Assembly (NCBI GenBank): GCA_018920315.1
Contig: JAHLMP010000002.1
Span: forward strand, 48,075-112,074
Direction: 5' to 3'
From: Candidatus Aenigmatarchaeota archaeon
Lineage (GTDB): Archaea; Aenigmatarchaeota; Aenigmatarchaeia; GW2011-AR5; JAHLMP01
Length of the DNA stretch: 64,000 bases
Positions 1 through 8,965 of the stretch are shown here, piece after piece. The first letter of the stretch is position 1. Each line of letters opens with the position of its first letter. Both the position numbers and the translations under genes were made by a program. The notes below the pieces were generated by a model that saw only the letters and a program-made list of their open reading frames with translations, had not been told where the DNA came from and ran no database searches.

Positions 1-32
1 TTTTTTTTAGAATTTCAGACATATTTAATTTC

Positions 33-866
33 ATGCCAGCTAATTTGACTAGCGAATGGTATGAAATTGAAAAAGAGTATAGAGAAGAAAAGGATTTGAA
101 GAAAAAGATTGAACTTTTGAAAAGGCTTATAGCAGCTACACCAAAGCATAAGGGTACTGAGAACTTGCTTGCTGACTTGAGAAGAAGATTATCAAAACTT
201 GAAGAACTTTTAGAAAAGAGATCTAAGAAACTTGGCGCAAGGCAAGTAACAATAAAAAAAGAGGGAGATCTACTAATCTCTATAGTTGGACTAACAAAAA
301 GCGGAAAAAGCACTTTACTTAAAGAGCTTACAAATGCAAACGTAGATATTAGCGAGCAACCATATACTACAAAAAATCCTGTTACAGGCGTTTGCTTCTA
401 TTCTGGAATGTTAATACAATTTGTAGAAATACCTTCATTTTTCCTTCCCAAAGATTTATCTATCGTCCATATTTCTGACTTAATATTAATTTTAGCAAAT
501 AATGAAAAAGAAAGGGAAGATATTGAGGAAATACTTGAAAAAAATAGAATTCAAAAGAAAAAGATATATTGGAAAGTTGATTTTAGAGATTCTAAAAAAC
601 AGGATTATAAAATGCTATTAGAGAAAATAATTCGAGAAGCAGATATTATAAGAGTTTTTACAAAACCATTAGGAAAGCAAATTGAGAAAAGAGCAGTTGT
701 TTTAAAAAATGGTAGCACACTTCGAGATATGATAGAAAAGATAAATTCAAACTGGTTAAAAACATTCAGATTTGCTAGAATTTTTGACAATTCTAGATTT
801 TCTGGCAGAAGAGTAGGATTAAACTATAAGCTAAAGGATAAAGATATAGTCGAGCTTCATGTATGA
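33..866 (+). CDS. DRG-family (Obg-like) GTPase with C-terminal TGS domain; G3/G4 motifs degenerate
   Basis: The N-terminal helical lead-in is DRG-like (SEWYEIEKEY...LLADLRRRLSKLEE). There is a P-loop VGLTKSGKSTLL, a G2-like YTTKNPVTG and a TGS-like C-terminus. The position expected to read IQxxDxPG reads IQFVEIPS. Confidence 0.55.
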   Translation: MPANLTSEWYEIEKEYREEKDLKKKIELLKRLIAATPKHKGTENLLADLRRRLSKLEELLEKRSKKLGARQVTIKKEGDLLISIVGLTKSGKSTLLKELTNANVDISEQPYTTKNPVTGVCFYSGMLIQFVEIPSFFLPKDLSIVHISDLILILANNEKEREDIEEILEKNRIQKKKIYWKVDFRDSKKQDYKMLLEKIIREADIIRVFTKPLGKQIEKRAVVLKNGSTLRDMIEKINSNWLKTFRFARIFDNSRFSGRRVGLNYKLKDKDIVELHV

Positions 867-926
867 AATTCTTGTATGGAGCGGGTAATAACATTTTTAA
901 TTCTATTCTCTCTTTAGAGTTTTATT

Positions 927-2042
927 ATGCATGAAAAGGATTTAGAAATAATCGCAAAAAATATTATAAATATAAATCTTGGTGTAAAAGAAAAGGATAT
1001 AGTACTAATTTCTGCTGGTCCCAACTCTTTGGCTTTCGCAGAGGCCTTGGCTTATGAGGCGGCTATGATAGGAGCTCAAACTACAATACATTATAGTAGC
1101 GATGAGCTTGCTTTGAAAATATATAGAGATATAAAGGAGAGATTCTTGAAAAATTGGCCAAGGTTAGCTGACATATTATCTAAGGTTGTAGATGTTTCTA
1201 TAATAATAGATGATACAAATCCTTTTGCCGCTAGTAAAATACCTCAAAACAAAGTTGAAATAAGAAGAAAGATTTACAAACCAATTAGAAGAAGGGAAGA
1301 GAAAAGAGAAAAAAGAAAAGAATTAAGAAAAGCATTGATAGGATTTCCTAATTTAGATACTGCAAAAGCACTTGGTATATCTTTCAAGAAGCTTAACGAA
1401 ATATATTGGAATACTATGAAAGCAGATTATGAGAAGATTTATAAATTCAATTCTAAGCTTATAAAAGTTCTTAACAAGGCAAAAACAATAAGAATAGTTG
1501 GAGAAAGAACAGACATAACTTTTTCTGTAAAGGGAAGAAAGTTTATGAATGGTTGTGGAATTGTTGAAAAGAAAGGAGAGATTGGATTTATTAATTTGCC
1601 TGATGGTGAGGTTTACATTGCTCCAATTGAAGATTCTGTAAGTGGAGAAATCTATTTTGATTTACCTTGCTTGTATCATTATGGAAAAAAGGTTAAAGGA
1701 GTCTATTTCAAATTTAATAATGGAAAGTTAATTGAATATGAGATTAAGAATGGTTTGAAAGAATTTGAGGATGTTTACAAAAATGCGTCTGGAGATAAAA
1801 ATAAGATAGGTGAATTTGGTATAGGTACTAATCCAAATGCAAGAATTACAGGAGGTATGACGATTATAGATGAAAAGGTTATTTCTACGATTCATTTAGC
1901 TATAGGAGATAACAAATCATTTGGTGGTAAGAACGATGCAACTATTCATTGGGATTTCTTCAAAGACATGAAGAAAGGAGGAAGCATAATATATGCTGAT
2001 AAAAAAATTATTATGAAGAATGGAGAGTTTGTGGGAATTTGA
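927..2042 (+). CDS. M29-family aminopeptidase (AmpS/PepS-like)
   Basis: The length is about 370 aa. The C-terminal segment EFGIGTNPNARITGGMTIIDEKVISTIHLAIGDN resembles the thermophilic aminopeptidase family, by recollection of family motifs. Confidence 0.45.
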   Translation: MHEKDLEIIAKNIININLGVKEKDIVLISAGPNSLAFAEALAYEAAMIGAQTTIHYSSDELALKIYRDIKERFLKNWPRLADILSKVVDVSIIIDDTNPFAASKIPQNKVEIRRKIYKPIRRREEKREKRKELRKALIGFPNLDTAKALGISFKKLNEIYWNTMKADYEKIYKFNSKLIKVLNKAKTIRIVGERTDITFSVKGRKFMNGCGIVEKKGEIGFINLPDGEVYIAPIEDSVSGEIYFDLPCLYHYGKKVKGVYFKFNNGKLIEYEIKNGLKEFEDVYKNASGDKNKIGEFGIGTNPNARITGGMTIIDEKVISTIHLAIGDNKSFGGKNDATIHWDFFKDMKKGGSIIYADKKIIMKNGEFVGI

Positions 2043-2077
2043 TAGCAGTTATTTTTTATGATAGCAGTTATTTTTTA
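2040..2077. repeat. perfect 2 x 19 bp tandem direct repeat (tgatagcagttatttttta) starting at the stop codon of the upstream gene
   Basis: Read directly from the sequence. Each copy contains the TGA stop and a T-tract. Confidence 0.9.
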
Positions 2078-2130
2078 CTGTTCTCACAGCTTTAAGATCG
2101 TTTTCCTCATTTTTATATTCACTAATCTAT

Positions 2131-2601
2131 TCATCTTACTAATCCTCTCATCCTTTTTCCTGCCATTGTTAAACCGCGAAATACTCTTCCTCTTTGGTTG
2201 CAAATCCAATTTATTTTTTTGTCAGATTTTATTACAGGATGATGTGGATCAACCATTATAATCTCGAAATATTTATATACGCCGTCGTCGGCTACAAGAT
2301 AACTATTCAAAACCTCAAGATTTCTATATTTTCTAGCTGCTTTTTCTTCAGCAATCAGTTGCAAGCTTTTCTTTGGTGTAAAATGCACTAGTCCAGCTTT
2401 GCTTGGCTTTCGCCCAGCTCCTGGCTTTTCTCTTCTTCTTCCACCTTTCTTAACTCTTACTCTCACCACTACAAAACCTTGCTTTGCTTTGTATCCCAAC
2501 CTTCTTGCCCTTTTTATGTTAAATGGTTTTTCCACTCTTTCAACTACTTTGCTATTTCTCCATTTTCTTAGCAAATCCTTTGAGACTTCAATCATTTGCA
2601 T
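2131..2601 (-). CDS. rpl15e: ribosomal protein L15e
   Basis: Basic protein ending [25 protein letters not shown]...[14 protein letters not shown], typical of L15e. Confidence 0.85.
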   Translation of the reverse strand: MQMIEVSKDLLRKWRNSKVVERVEKPFNIKRARRLGYKAKQGFVVVRVRVKKGGRRREKPGAGRKPSKAGLVHFTPKKSLQLIAEEKAARKYRNLEVLNSYLVADDGVYKYFEIIMVDPHHPVIKSDKKINWICNQRGRVFRGLTMAGKRMRGLVR

Positions 2602-2764
2602 TGAAAATTACCTTTTTTTTTCTTAATTTTTGATTTATTTGAAAATTTAGATTTATTTAAAATTATTAAGCAATTAAAATTCTTAAATAAACGATGTTTT
2701 TATTATTTAAGTTTTTAATTTGTTTGATATATTTTTAAATTTGCATCTAAATTTAGAAAATGAG

Positions 2765-2774
2765 TATATAAAAA
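2765..2774 (+). promoter_or_regulatory. TATA-box-like element about 20-30 nt upstream of the L3 start, implying a leaderless or very short-leader transcript
   Basis: The motif tatataaaaa lies at the spacing expected for an archaeal BRE/TATA promoter relative to ATG 2794. Confidence 0.35.
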
Positions 2775-2793
2775 TTTTAAAGAGGTTAGAAGT

Positions 2794-3750
2794 ATGCCAA
2801 CAGCAAGAAGACCAAGAAGAGGTTCATTACAATATTGGCCAAGAAAAAGAGCAAAAAGAATATATCCTAGAGTAAATTGGGAAGGAATAAAAAAGAATTT
2901 AGAAAAAGAAGATATAGCTAAATTACTTGGTTTTGCTTCATATAAGGTTGGAATGACTCATGTTCAATATCAAAAAGGTAATAAGCTATTTGTAAAGCCA
3001 GCAACTATTTTAGAGGCTACTCCATTGTTTGTTTGTGGTATAAGATTCTATGAAGCGAATGAGCTGAAAGAATTAAAAGCGATAGGTGAAATTTTTGCAG
3101 ATAATCTTCCTAAAGAATTGGAAAGAAAGATTGGAAAGAAAGGAAAGAAGAAAGAGTTTGACGAAAAGATTTTAGAAAAAACAAAATCTATAAGGCTAAT
3201 AGTATGTACTCAACCAACTAAGTCTGGGATGCACAAGAAAAAACCAGAGGTTTTTGAAATAGGTATATCTGGTAGCGTTGAAAAACAATATGAGCTTGCG
3301 AAAAAACTTTTGGGAAAAGAAATAACAATAGATAATGTTTTTAGAAGTGGCGAATTTTGTGACGTTTCTTCTGTAACCAAAGGTCATGGTTTTGTGGGTA
3401 GCGTGAGAAGATTTGGAATAAAGATTCAAGGAAGAAAGGATGAGCAACATCATCGTCACGTAGGTAGTATCGGACCAACTACTCCGAGAAAGATAGATTG
3501 GCGCGTACCTATGCCAGGCCAATATGGCTTTTTCACAAGAACAGAGTATAATAAAAGAATATTATTAATAGGAAAAGATCCATCAGAAATAAATAAGAAA
3601 TCAGGATTTAAACATTATGGAATCATGCGCTCACATTACATCTTGCTTGAAGGTTCTGTTCCAGCACCAAGAAAAAGATTAATAATAATTACTAAACCAA
3701 GAAGAAAAGCAAAATACGAGCCAGTAGAAATAAAATATATTGCAAAATGA
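2794..3750 (+). CDS. rpl3: ribosomal protein L3
   Basis: MPTARRPRRGSLQYWPRKRAK N-terminus; overall archaeal L3 pattern. Confidence 0.9.
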   Translation: MPTARRPRRGSLQYWPRKRAKRIYPRVNWEGIKKNLEKEDIAKLLGFASYKVGMTHVQYQKGNKLFVKPATILEATPLFVCGIRFYEANELKELKAIGEIFADNLPKELERKIGKKGKKKEFDEKILEKTKSIRLIVCTQPTKSGMHKKKPEVFEIGISGSVEKQYELAKKLLGKEITIDNVFRSGEFCDVSSVTKGHGFVGSVRRFGIKIQGRKDEQHHRHVGSIGPTTPRKIDWRVPMPGQYGFFTRTEYNKRILLIGKDPSEINKKSGFKHYGIMRSHYILLEGSVPAPRKRLIIITKPRRKAKYEPVEIKYIAK

Positions 3751-3783
3751 AATATTGAAGAACTTTGATATTTGTGATGAAAA

Positions 3784-4608
3784 ATGTCTGAGAAGAAGAT
3801 AAAGATATATGATATAAATGGAAATGTGAAAGAAGAGATAGAGCTTCCAGAATTTATGAAATTCGATTATAGACCAGATGTTATTAAAAAGGTTGTGACT
3901 TTTCAACAATCATCTAAAAGACAACCATATGGAGCAGATCCATTAGCAGGAAAAAGGACTTCTGCCCATTATCATGGAAGAAGGAGAAGAGAAAGATGGT
4001 CTATGATGGGCAGAGGTATGAGTAGAATGGCAAGAATTCATGGTAAGGTTGGATATCTGATTTGGACTGCTCGATTTGTGCCACAAGCAAGAAAAGGAAG
4101 AAGAGCTCATCCTCCAAAGAGCGAAAAGGTTTGGATTAAGAAAATAAATAAAAAGGAATTGTTAATTGCGATAAAGTCAGCTCTTGCAGCGTTGAGAAAT
4201 ATAAAATTATTAAAATTAAGAGGTCATAAGATAGATGAGAACTTTAGCTACGATATTCCAATAATTTTTGAGGATTCTATTGAAAACATGAAAAAAACAA
4301 AAGAGGTTGTTGAGCTAATTAAAAAAATAGGATTAGAAAAAGAAATAGAAAGATGTAAAGAAGTTAAGGAAAGAAGTGGAAAAGGTAAATCTCGCGGAAG
4401 AAGATACAAAAAGAAAAAAGGGATATTATTCATAGTTTCTAGTGATTGTAATCTTATTAAAGCAGGTAGAAAGATAGCGGGCGTAGATGTTATAAAGGTC
4501 GATGAGATAAAAGATAATCTCGAACTTTTAGCTCCAGGTTCTAGAGCAGGAAGGTTAGCAATATTATCTAAGTCGGCATTACTCAAGCTTCATGAGATTT
4601 TAAAATAA
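3784..4608 (+). CDS. rpl4: ribosomal protein L4 (L4P/L1e)
   Basis: Position after L3; basic central region HYHGRRRRERWSMMGRGMSRMARIHG. Confidence 0.8.
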   Translation: MSEKKIKIYDINGNVKEEIELPEFMKFDYRPDVIKKVVTFQQSSKRQPYGADPLAGKRTSAHYHGRRRRERWSMMGRGMSRMARIHGKVGYLIWTARFVPQARKGRRAHPPKSEKVWIKKINKKELLIAIKSALAALRNIKLLKLRGHKIDENFSYDIPIIFEDSIENMKKTKEVVELIKKIGLEKEIERCKEVKERSGKGKSRGRRYKKKKGILFIVSSDCNLIKAGRKIAGVDVIKVDEIKDNLELLAPGSRAGRLAILSKSALLKLHEILK

Positions 4609-4614
4609 TTTTAA

Positions 4615-5049
4615 GTGATTAGAATGAGATGCTTAAGAAAGAACATTTTAATAAAAGAAGAAAAGCTATTTTACATTAAAAAGATGGTTATAGATATGAA
4701 TAATAATATTGATGCTATAATAGTAGAAGGAAGGCACGATGAGGATGTTTTTCTTTCATTAGGTTTTCAAAAGAAGATAATAAAATGCTCTTCAAAGGAT
4801 TTGGAAACAATAAAGGATGAGCTCAAAAATTTGAAAAGGAGAAATGAGAAAATAAAAGTTGCAATATTTACAGATTTTGATGAAAAAGGAAAGGAGTTAA
4901 ATAAAAAAATAAAAGAGTATCTTCAGAAGAATGGCATAATTATAGAAAATTTTTATAGAAGTAAAATGAAAGAGATAGCAATTGATATAAGAGAGATAGA
5001 AGATTTGAATAGAATGATTTCAAAAGATAATTTTATAGTGATTTTATAA
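4615..5049 (+). CDS. small Toprim-domain protein (COG1658-like small primase-like protein) embedded in the r-protein operon
   Basis: Toprim signature: conserved Glu in IIVEGRHDE and DxD in AIFTDFDEKG. About 120-140 aa; lies between rpl4 and rpl23 on the same strand with 6-bp gaps. Confidence 0.5.
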   Translation: MIRMRCLRKNILIKEEKLFYIKKMVIDMNNNIDAIIVEGRHDEDVFLSLGFQKKIIKCSSKDLETIKDELKNLKRRNEKIKVAIFTDFDEKGKELNKKIKEYLQKNGIIIENFYRSKMKEIAIDIREIEDLNRMISKDNFIVIL

Positions 5050-5054
5050 GCACG

Positions 5055-5336
5055 GTGAGGTATATGAGTGGCGAGAAAAATCCTTGGGAAATTTTATTAT
5101 TTCCTCATACATCAGAAAAATCTATAAGATTGATAGAGAAGGAAAATACAATAGTTTTTATAGTAAATAAAAAATCGAATAAGATAGAAATAAAAAATGC
5201 GTTTGAAAAAGCATTTAATGTGAAAGTAGATAAGGTTAGAACCTTGATAACTCAAAAAAATGAAAAGAAGGCATTCATCAAGCTTAATAAGAATTATTCA
5301 GCTTCAGACATAGCAATAAGATTAGGAATAATATGA
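5055..5336 (+). CDS. rpl23: ribosomal protein L23
   Basis: EKNPWEILLFPHTSEKSIRLIEKENTIVFIVNKKSNKIEIKNAFEKAFNVKV matches the L23 family. Confidence 0.85.
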   Translation: MRYMSGEKNPWEILLFPHTSEKSIRLIEKENTIVFIVNKKSNKIEIKNAFEKAFNVKVDKVRTLITQKNEKKAFIKLNKNYSASDIAIRLGII

Positions 5337-5346
5337 TGGTGATTAT

Positions 5347-6036
5347 ATGGGGAAGAGATTGAGACAGCAAAGAAGGGGAAAAGGAAGTTTGGTTTATCAA
5401 GCGCCAAGTCATAGATTTTTAACTGAAGCTAGATATAAAGTTGTTGCTCAAGAAGGAACTGTTGTTGATATAGTGCACGACCCTTCTCGTTATTCTCCAG
5501 TTATGGTTGTAGACTTTGGCGTTGAGAAGCAATATTTATTAGCTCCTTCTGGAATAAAAACTGGAGATAAAATTTCTTATGGAGGAGATGTTAAACTTGG
5601 TAATATTTTAGAGTTAGGAGAAATACCAGAGGGAACTAAGGTTTGTAATATTGAGCTTAATCCAGGAGATGGCGGAAAACTTTGCAGGGCTCCTGGAACC
5701 TTTGCCACTGTGCTTGGTCACGAAGGAGATAAAACCCTTTTAGCATTAAGATCAAAATTTATAAAAACACTTTCGAATAAATGTAAAGCGATGATAGGTG
5801 TAATTAGCGGCTCTGGGCATAGAGAAAGACCTTTCATGAAGGCTGGAAACAGATATTATGCGATGAAAGCAAAAGGAAGATACTATCCTATAGTTTCTGC
5901 AAGCTCTAAATCTGCTGTCTATCATCCACTTGGAGGTCAAACCTCTCCTGGAAGACCAAGAACAGTCTCAAGGCACATGCCTCCTGGCAAGAAAGTTGGC
6001 AGCATCTCGCCAAGAAGAACAGGAAAGAAGAAGTAG
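5347..6036 (+). CDS. rpl2: ribosomal protein L2
   Basis: MGKRLRQQRRGKGS start; HPLGGQTSPGRP motif region. Confidence 0.9.
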   Translation: MGKRLRQQRRGKGSLVYQAPSHRFLTEARYKVVAQEGTVVDIVHDPSRYSPVMVVDFGVEKQYLLAPSGIKTGDKISYGGDVKLGNILELGEIPEGTKVCNIELNPGDGGKLCRAPGTFATVLGHEGDKTLLALRSKFIKTLSNKCKAMIGVISGSGHRERPFMKAGNRYYAMKAKGRYYPIVSASSKSAVYHPLGGQTSPGRPRTVSRHMPPGKKVGSISPRRTGKKK

Positions 6037-6237
6037 AATAAGTTGCTAAAATATAATTTGAGGCCAAAAATAAAAGTGTTATTTTTTATTTACCAATACA
6101 TCTATTGCTAATTATATTTCACTTCCTTCATTACTCATATAAAAGTAATTAACAGGAAATCGTTACATTTCTGTTTGGCCTATCTAAACCAAATTTCTTG
6201 ATTAAATATGCATGATCTTTACGAAAGAAAAGATTTA

Positions 6238-6279
6238 AATATTTTTCATATCAATAGATATTGATATGAAAAATATTTA
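6238..6279. promoter_or_regulatory. perfect 20-2-20 inverted repeat overlapping the start codon of the ArsR-family gene; candidate operator
   Basis: aaatatttttcatatcaata-ga-tattgatatgaaaaatattt; the arms are exact reverse complements. Confidence 0.5.
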
Positions 6280-6517
6280 TTTGTTTAAAGCACTAGGAGA
6301 AGAAACAAAATATAAAATATTGAAATGTCTACTTTCTGGAGAGCTTTGCGCATGCAAAATTCCAGAAAAAATTGGGAAGACACAATCTAATACATCTATG
6401 CACCTAGCCAAGCTTCTTAAATGGGGTTTGATAAAATCTCGCAGAAATGGTAGAATGATATTGTATTCAATAAAGGATAGAAGGATAGAAAAAATATTCA
6501 AATTGATTGAGGGATGA
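6266..6517 (+). CDS. ArsR/SmtB-family metalloregulatory transcription factor
   Basis: HTH with ELCACKI (the CxC metal site of the ArsR family); size about 83 aa. Confidence 0.75.
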   Translation: MKNIYLFKALGEETKYKILKCLLSGELCACKIPEKIGKTQSNTSMHLAKLLKWGLIKSRRNGRMILYSIKDRRIEKIFKLIEG

Positions 6518-6749
6518 AATGATGAAAATAGAAATTTTAGGTTTTGGTTGCCAAAAATGTGAACAACTGGAAGCTAACGTAAGAAAAGCTTTAGAAGAAA
6601 CAAAGAAAAAAGCTGAAATTGTGAAAATTAGAGATATAAATAAAATCATAGATTATGGAGTTATGGCTACTCCGGCAATAGTAATTGACGGTAAATTAAA
6701 AGCATTTGGTAGAGTACCAGAAGTTGAAGAGATAAAGAAGTGGCTATAA
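6507..6749 (+). CDS. small thioredoxin-fold protein (redox-active disulfide protein 2-like)
   Basis: ILGFGCQKCEQL CxxC motif in a Trx-like protein of about 75 aa. Operonic with the ArsR and permease genes. Confidence 0.6.
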   Translation: MRDEMMKIEILGFGCQKCEQLEANVRKALEETKKKAEIVKIRDINKIIDYGVMATPAIVIDGKLKAFGRVPEVEEIKKWL

Positions 6750-6750
6750 T

Positions 6751-7863
6751 ATGGAAAGAAAAGAGTTCGCAATTATGTTTTGGATAGTGTTATTAGTTGT
6801 AATATTTTACTTTATCCCAGAAGATAGCGAGTGGTTTAATAATTCTATCTTAAGTGGAGTAAATCTTCTTAGAGAATATATTAAAAAGCATTTTTTGACA
6901 TGCTTGGTGCCAGCTTTATTTATTGCCGGAGCAATCAATGTTTTTATAAAGAAAGAGAAAATTATGAAGTATTTAGGATATGAAGCAAAAAAATATGTTT
7001 CTTATGGCGTTGCCTCTGTTACAGGATCAATTTTAGCTGTATGTTCATGTACTATTTTACCATTATTCGCTGGAATCAGAAAAAGAGGAGCAGGTTTAGG
7101 TCCGGCCATAACCTTTCTTTTCGCAGGACCTGCTATTAACATAACTGCAATCTTCTTGACAATCTCTGTATTAGGAATAAAAATTGGCGTGGCAAGAGTA
7201 TTTTTTGCTATTTTGATATCAATTCTTGTTGGTTTAACAATGCAGTTTATATTTAAAGAGAAGATTGAAAAAGAAAAATTAATAATTCATGAAACAGAAG
7301 AATCAAAAATTTCAAACATTGTTTTAGGTGTTTTCTTTCTTATGCTTATAAGTGTTCTCGTTGTAAATGGCTTACAAATAGATACTCTGCTTAAATATTC
7401 TTTAATGGGATTTTTTATATTAGGAGTAGCTATTATTGTTTTGTTTAAGTTCGAAAACCATTTAACAAAATTATGGCTTGAAGAAACTTGGAATTTTGTT
7501 AAAACTCTCTTACCTTTCTTATTTATAGGAGTTTTTATTGCAGGCTTTATAATGCCCCTGCTACCTCAAAGTTTAATTGAAAATTTAGTTGGCAAGAATA
7601 ATCTCATTGGAAATCTAATTGCTTCGGTGTTTGGAGTGTTTATGTACTTCTCAACTTTAACAGAAATTCCGATAACGCAAGCGTTGATCACTAAAGGTAT
7701 GGCTTCAGGTCCTGCTCTTGCATTACTTCTTTCTGGTCCAAGCTTAAGTTTGCCAAGTATGCTAGTTATAAGGAAAGTTTTAGGAACAAAGAAAACTGCA
7801 ACATATGTATTACTTGTGATAGTTTATTCAACGATTGCTGGCTTAATTTTTGGTTCCCTATAA
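6751..7863 (+). CDS. DUF318/ArsP-like permease
   Basis: Polytopic membrane protein with a CSC motif in TM (AVCSCTILPLFAG) and two homologous halves. Confidence 0.55.
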   Translation: MERKEFAIMFWIVLLVVIFYFIPEDSEWFNNSILSGVNLLREYIKKHFLTCLVPALFIAGAINVFIKKEKIMKYLGYEAKKYVSYGVASVTGSILAVCSCTILPLFAGIRKRGAGLGPAITFLFAGPAINITAIFLTISVLGIKIGVARVFFAILISILVGLTMQFIFKEKIEKEKLIIHETEESKISNIVLGVFFLMLISVLVVNGLQIDTLLKYSLMGFFILGVAIIVLFKFENHLTKLWLEETWNFVKTLLPFLFIGVFIAGFIMPLLPQSLIENLVGKNNLIGNLIASVFGVFMYFSTLTEIPITQALITKGMASGPALALLLSGPSLSLPSMLVIRKVLGTKKTATYVLLVIVYSTIAGLIFGSL

Positions 7864-7880
7864 GCTTTAATCTAGCTTTC

Positions 7881-8903
7881 TTGCTATTTTTAGAAAAATG
7901 CGATAAAGATTTTATTAAAAAATTATATTTTAAACATTATTGGCTCTATTTTTTCTTTATGGAGTATATAAAAGATTTTGAATGGAAACCCAAAATTACT
8001 TGCTCTGAATTAGTAGAGCAATTAAAGAGCGTTGGTTTTCAAAGCATAGAGCTTGGAAAAGTTAGTGAAATTATTTATAAGATGAAGAAAGAGAATGTAA
8101 AAACAATATTAAGTTTTACTTCTAATTTAGGCACATCTGGGCTTCGTGGCCTTTTTGCACAGCTAATAAAGCTTCACATGGTAGATATTTTGATAACAAC
8201 AGCCGGTGCAATAGAAGAAGATATTATGAAAGCGCTTGGAGAAAAATTTTTGATTTCTAGATTTGATGCAGATGATATAGAGCTTCATGAAAAAGGAATG
8301 AATCGTGTTGGAAATATAATAATTACAAACGATTCTTATGTAAGATTTGAAGGTTTTATGAGAAAGTTATTGGAGGAGATAATAAAAGAGAAAAGAAAGC
8401 TTAGTGGTGTTGAGTTTTTTAGAATTATAGGAAGCAAACTTAATGATGAAAAGTCTTTTTTATATCAGGCTTATAAGAATAATGTTCCAATATATTGTCC
8501 TGCTATTACAGATGGTTCCATAGGATTTCAATTATTTTTAGCAAAACAAGATTACAAGGATTTTGTAATAGATGTTGTAGAGGATTTCAGAGATATAATT
8601 ACAAGATTAAGCTATGATGAAAAGAAAGGGCTTATCGCTTTAGGAGGAGGTACTTCTAAGCATTATGCTCTGCTTAGTGCTTTGGTAAGCGGTGGATTTG
8701 ATTATGCTGTTTATGTTACAACATCCTCTCAATTTTCTGGAAGTATGAGCGGGGCAACTACAAAGGAAGCAAAAAGCTGGGGAAAAGTGAAAGATGACTC
8801 AGATTCTATAACGGTTTTAGGAGATGCTACCATAATATTTCCGATAGCAATCTCTTATGCTTTAGATAAATTATATAATGAGGGATTGATAAAAATAGAA
8901 TAA
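7881..8903 (+). CDS. dys: deoxyhypusine synthase
   Basis: TSNLGTSGLRG, ITTAGAIEEDIMK and GGGTSKHY motifs of the DHS family. Confidence 0.8.
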   Translation: MLFLEKCDKDFIKKLYFKHYWLYFFFMEYIKDFEWKPKITCSELVEQLKSVGFQSIELGKVSEIIYKMKKENVKTILSFTSNLGTSGLRGLFAQLIKLHMVDILITTAGAIEEDIMKALGEKFLISRFDADDIELHEKGMNRVGNIIITNDSYVRFEGFMRKLLEEIIKEKRKLSGVEFFRIIGSKLNDEKSFLYQAYKNNVPIYCPAITDGSIGFQLFLAKQDYKDFVIDVVEDFRDIITRLSYDEKKGLIALGGGTSKHYALLSALVSGGFDYAVYVTTSSQFSGSMSGATTKEAKSWGKVKDDSDSITVLGDATIIFPIAISYALDKLYNEGLIKIE

Positions 8904-8965
8904 TTTGCAAAATGATTTTAATTTTAAGAGATAAATTTACAAGATAGTTTTAAATTTGTGATTTT

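Noticed and set aside
605-790. Numerous short ORFs nested antisense or out of frame within long genes (e.g. 605-790, 2058-2261, 3196-3522, 4248-4586, 22963-23280, 24742-25077, 47302-47580, 57136-57564)
   Set aside because: They are typical shadow ORFs of an AT-rich genome, with biased hydrophobic or Ser/Leu-rich composition. Each overlaps a gene with strong family signatures.
6037-6265. Absence of S19/L22/S3 after rpl2 taken as a possible assembly break
   Set aside because: The sequence is continuous and the next gene (ArsR family) has its own promoter and operator. The truncation is considered genuine operon fragmentation, though the remaining r-protein genes presumably lie elsewhere.
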